Virus record (IMG/VR): IMGVR_UViG_3300037189_022865
Location: 1 to 64,000 of that record
Direction: 5' to 3' (one strand)
Length of the DNA: 64,000 nucleotides
DNA from: a virus
The position numbers and the translations under genes were made by a program. The notes under the pieces were generated by a model. The model was not told where the DNA came from. It did not search any database and saw only the letters and a program-made list of their open reading frames with translations. Numbering within the stretch: position 1 is the first letter of the stretch; every line of letters begins with the position of its first letter. Below, in pieces: positions 61,001 through 64,000 of this stretch.

Positions 61001-64000
61001 TAGTTACGCCTATGTCCTTTAAAAATGTATTAACAGCTTTAGTTTTATCCTCAATATTTTGACTGGCTTTTGCTTTTGCTATTTTTGTTTTTAAATCCTG
61101 CGTAAATAAATCTCTTCTATTTTCATTAACGGCTTTTTGCACGTAATCATTAAAAGCAAACTCCACATTAGCTACAAAAGTTCTTTGTCCACCGCCACTT
61201 CTTGCGATGTATCCAGACATTTTATAGACATACTTAAATCCTTTTTGCCAAACATATGGTTTAGATTTTCTAAGGGAACCAACAGAAGAAAGCAATGATT
61301 TAATAAAATCTATGTCTTCGTACAAATAATAAACTTTAGCAACATTTTCTTTAGGTAAAGAAGTTATTTCTGCTATTTCATTAATTACATCATCTACCTT
61401 TTTACCAGCCTCAATAACGAATTCTCTGTATCTAGTTGGATTACTTTCTAAATCATTTCTAGTTACTTGTGAAACATCTTCATTAAGGGTATCTACTACT
61501 GCATAAATAAATTTATGGCTAGCGTCTTTTCTGAAAGAAATATTTTTGGGTAAATTTGGATCATTAAGCTTTTTCAAAATGTCAACAGCCATATTAGACA
61601 TATAGTTATTAACAGCAACCTTAATGTTTGGTTTGTCTTTAATGTTGTAAGTAAAGGTTCTAGCCATTGCTTCTAGAGATTCTTTAAGGCTTCCCTTAGG
61701 TATTGAAGCAACTTTAGAAACAATGATTGTAAAAGCTGTGGATAAATCGGCGTAGTGTTTCTCGTTTTTAACAAAATACTCTATAGAAATCAAGCGTTGT
61801 TTAATAGATCCAGTAAGTTTAGTTTTAGGATCTACCAACATGCTGTCGTAAGTTTCATCAGAAATTCCAGCCATTTCATCATCTTCTTCCAATTCAGACA
61901 TTTCATCTGCTGAAACTTCTTCTCCTCTTTCTAATCTAGCTGTTATGTCTTCCCTTAATATTCTAATTTCTTCTAACTTTCTATCTCTAATGTCTTTAAG
62001 AAACTCTATAAAATCAACCCTGTTATTTGCATCAGAAAAATAATCATTATTAAAATTATTTAAGAAATCTTTATTGTTAAGTGCTTTTGTTACGGCTCTT
62101 TTAACAGTATTAATTTGATCTGGAGTATAACCTTCTGGAAAATCTACAGCGTCCATATCTTTTACTGTTTGCAAATAAGCCATGGCGTCTACAGTTATTT
62201 CAGCAAAAGATTTTACAGGAACATTTCCATTTTGCTCCGCCTTTCTTCTTTCTACTTGATCTCTAACTACTTTTTCTAATATAATATCTTTAACTATTTT
62301 AAATTCATCATAGTTATCAAATACCGCTCTAACATTAACCGAAGATCTTTCTACAGATTCAAACCCCCTAACAGATTTATAAAACGTTTTATTTTCTATT
62401 AAGTTAAAAAATTCTTCTATAGAATTCATGTGGTTATAACTAAAGCCTAACAAACGCTTTAATTTTTCCCAAAGCCTAGACAATAATGACTTACGTTTGG
62501 TGACAACAAAATCTTCAAATTCTTCAGCAAGTGCTTCTTCTAAAGCCTCTGGACTTAGGTTTCCATACTTTTCTTGAGCTAAAGCTAAAGCTGCTATTTG
62601 TTCAGAAGGTTTTAGGTATTCCCAAAATATTTTGTGAAATAATTCGTGCCTAACTACTTTTGAAGAAACGCCTCCAGAAGCAAGTTTAGCAAAGTGCAGT
62701 ACGCCATTTTTATATAACCCCCAAACTTGTTTGCCTTGGTTATTAACAAGTTTACCATATTCAACTATATTAAAAAGTTCTCTTGGAGCATTTCCGGAAA
62801 CAATTTCTCTTAACATAGAGAAAAAACTTCTAGGCGTATATCTATCTACAAGATTTTCCACTTCTTTCATACTAAGTGGGGTTCCTATATCTTCTGTTAA
62901 AAAACTTTTAGATCTACTCAGAGTTCCTTGTTTAATAACGTCTTTTAAAAATGATACCCAGTTATCATACGCGTCTTGGTTATTTATAAAGTCAATTGCT
63001 AAATCGTCATCAATATTATACGCCTCTTGCATAATATCTGCAGCCTCAGCGTCTGCGTTATTGTTAATCCATTCTAACAAATTTTCAGCAAATCTAACTA
63101 CTTTATTTTCAGCAGCCGCCACTACTTGTTCTACTTTTTGTTCAATCTTATCGTCAGGAGTTTCTTCTATTACTGTATTAATATCTTCTGTTTTTACAAC
63201 TGTGTTATCAACTATATTAGTAAAAGCTGCGGCTAAGTTTATTTGATTATCCAAATGCTTTTGCCTAGCTTCTCTACCAAATTCACTTACACCTTTTAAA
63301 TATTGACCATTTATGTTGCCGCCTTCTAAAAATGTGAAAATTAAACCATCAACAATCATTTGATAAATAATATCTTGCGGTAAACTTTCGTCAATTAAAA
63401 GAGGTCTATATGGTATCCCTAATTCGTCTGCAACTTCTTTATAAGCCGCGCTAATTTCGTTTATTCTAGGAATTATTTTAGAGACGTCTGTATTATATTT
63501 AACTACTAGTTGTAAAAATTCTTCTGCAAATCCAACCCCTCTATAATTATTTGCCCCGTAATTTTTTCTAACAAAACTTAGCAATGGAAACAAATCTTTG
63601 GGAGAAACAGCTGTAACTCCTAAAAGCTTAATTAAAACGGAAGCCCTTAAAAAAGGTGTTGGTATTGAAGCGTAAGGTTTAAGGTTATCTATTACACCTA
63701 CGGAATCAATTAAATCTTGTTTAACCATTTCCTTAGTAGTAGTTTTTATTCCTAGCCTACTTTGTACAGCTGAAAGTATTTTATTATTTACTTCCGTTTC
63801 GTAATACAACTTTTCTTTAGCGTTCTTTCTAAACTTTTCAAGAGCCTCTTCTAAAGTGTTACTTTTTAATGTGGATATAAATTCTGCTATTTCTTCCTGT
63901 GGAAACATTTCTTCTATAGTGTCGGCAGAAATAGTGTCTATTCCAGCAGCAACTAATAAAGCGTATTTTCTACTTCTTACAGTTTCAACTTGTTCAGTCG
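58083..64000 (-). CDS. Virion RNA polymerase catalytic part (crAss gp66-like two-barrel RNAP), 5' end beyond the window
   Basis: FRIPT...YHGSDYDIDTL catalytic DxDxD; DAEGFM; zincin VRHELFH; frame open from 63908 to the window end. Confidence 0.88.
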   Translation of the reverse strand, partial: TEQVETVRSRKYALLVAAGIDTISADTIEEMFPQEEIAEFISTLKSNTLEEALEKFRKNAKEKLYYETEVNNKILSAVQSRLGIKTTTKEMVKQDLIDSVGVIDNLKPYASIPTPFLRASVLIKLLGVTAVSPKDLFPLLSFVRKNYGANNYRGVGFAEEFLQLVVKYNTDVSKIIPRINEISAAYKEVADELGIPYRPLLIDESLPQDIIYQMIVDGLIFTFLEGGNINGQYLKGVSEFGREARQKHLDNQINLAAAFTNIVDNTVVKTEDINTVIEETPDDKIEQKVEQVVAAAENKVVRFAENLLEWINNNADAEAADIMQEAYNIDDDLAIDFINNQDAYDNWVSFLKDVIKQGTLSRSKSFLTEDIGTPLSMKEVENLVDRYTPRSFFSMLREIVSGNAPRELFNIVEYGKLVNNQGKQVWGLYKNGVLHFAKLASGGVSSKVVRHELFHKIFWEYLKPSEQIAALALAQEKYGNLSPEALEEALAEEFEDFVVTKRKSLLSRLWEKLKRLLGFSYNHMNSIEEFFNLIENKTFYKSVRGFESVERSSVNVRAVFDNYDEFKIVKDIILEKVVRDQVERRKAEQNGNVPVKSFAEITVDAMAYLQTVKDMDAVDFPEGYTPDQINTVKRAVTKALNNKDFLNNFNNDYFSDANNRVDFIEFLKDIRDRKLEEIRILREDITARLERGEEVSADEMSELEEDDEMAGISDETYDSMLVDPKTKLTGSIKQRLISIEYFVKNEKHYADLSTAFTIIVSKVASIPKGSLKESLEAMARTFTYNIKDKPNIKVAVNNYMSNMAVDILKKLNDPNLPKNISFRKDASHKFIYAVVDTLNEDVSQVTRNDLESNPTRYREFVIEAGKKVDDVINEIAEITSLPKENVAKVYYLYEDIDFIKSLLSSVGSLRKSKPYVWQKGFKYVYKMSGYIARSGGGQRTFVANVEFAFNDYVQKAVNENRRDLFTQDLKTKIAKAKASQNIEDKTKAVNTFLKDIGVTKKLGDASVSSKEAVFERLSKSIDGISSRYNAALDAAQKSESDNPEDRITGTELLENEYGLLDEIANMINSHYTLAESGSYTRGDGKKAYGWIDASWQTDVFNIFQRIKEKLPFKKLSIFELKDGKISSNDVFLKDNIFFTKKNDIFETVDHDSIKWKDGSKFAKTLRKENLKEFRERNIAGNFFVTLANRGGKYYQALPIPSNRTSVQAVLVNSFRTQETIDEAILQIIRAQKNRPDPDAKNPDGSLVHPELNNSKTYRERWKEFTFAGLSGNVDSMTEQQALKAVKQHVANMVNGENGLFEAFKEELNSPPEVQIPTWAISKASSLLGLATIPKWDNNLTDQEKERFFKQKNAAVKKGLEYFYYNYVINQYSLSQIVYGDETFYKSKEDQTKRIQIATATGDTLLVDEKFGMPKTSKVLVVEDLKRVVDPTLHDMLASSYDQEYEASDAEGFMLPEFYEKLASAYGFDAKADVILKPVYFSIENGVPRAIKYSVKVLTPELIKQYPHLASYADAMRAKGVDQMVFASAVKIGSPAVKAKLDETGRIIASSLDEKAIVNINNENLRFQLNPAKSVEGSVANKSQGTAMMNTNGKNTAETFEMHKANAFIIENGLRGLSRKLRLTRKGGVTKGTENKIRRMLTSLLQGLPGARDVYEMLSLGTGKNKVPLDMPLIGDRVLSNLSSIFTKATTGFRFPGSKLVLQADLGPVEIDGVMRNLKWRDENGFCEVILPETYRPYMEQIKDGIIGFRIPTSNYHSLVPLKVVGFYPVPPGSKGNVIIAPSLIVYYHGSDYDIDTLFVARKDYPNETINLNELIKGIDPEHQDDPKLIVEANEPYGFKNNELIDFDGYKLYEYLDKHILKVNKQLESLTKQLQGASELQKEAIENAIEDKEKILQSLSDIAEYAAKNFIVHNFSTNMRNMKNRKDLLTPISFDKIITLRSELKKELSEKLDDDKFLQTLEESGLIKQICQ

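Noticed and set aside
49371-63246. Plus-strand ORFs inside the giant virion genes, and similar antisense ORFs elsewhere
   Set aside because: Antisense shadows of long genes, with no motifs or start context
1-64000. CRISPR array, integrase, reverse transcriptase/DGR or rRNA
   Set aside because: No regularly spaced repeats or diagnostic motifs seen by eye

Overview
The window is part of a crAss-like (Crassvirales-type) phage genome. Five TAnnTTTG promoters point to a Bacteroidota host. It has three blocks. (1) Minus strand, 1-11900: scaffold-like protein, portal, terminase, GroEL/GroES, ThyX, a UCA-anticodon tRNA and a tmRNA. (2) Plus strand, 12100-49220: early/accessory genes, then replication genes (PolA, SF2 helicase, DnaB, AAA ATPase, SSB-like protein, primase, UDG, nucleases). 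(3) Minus strand, 49280-64000: giant virion proteins, including a two-part virion RNA polymerase. The supplied code-11 ORF track fragments many genes because TGA is read as sense, apparently Trp, in about 15 middle/late genes, while it still looks like a stop in the early block. Other highlights: a type II (Ser/Sec-like) tRNA(UCA); a short tmRNA that overlaps the thyX start; two paralogous ~400-nt unannotated ncRNA candidates with a shared covarying core, each behind a host-type promoter; a tRNA-like RNA with no anticodon arm; two group I introns with homing endonucleases; a probable -1 frameshift; and a stand-alone dsRBD protein. All calls come from manual reading of motifs; no database searches or folding programs were run.
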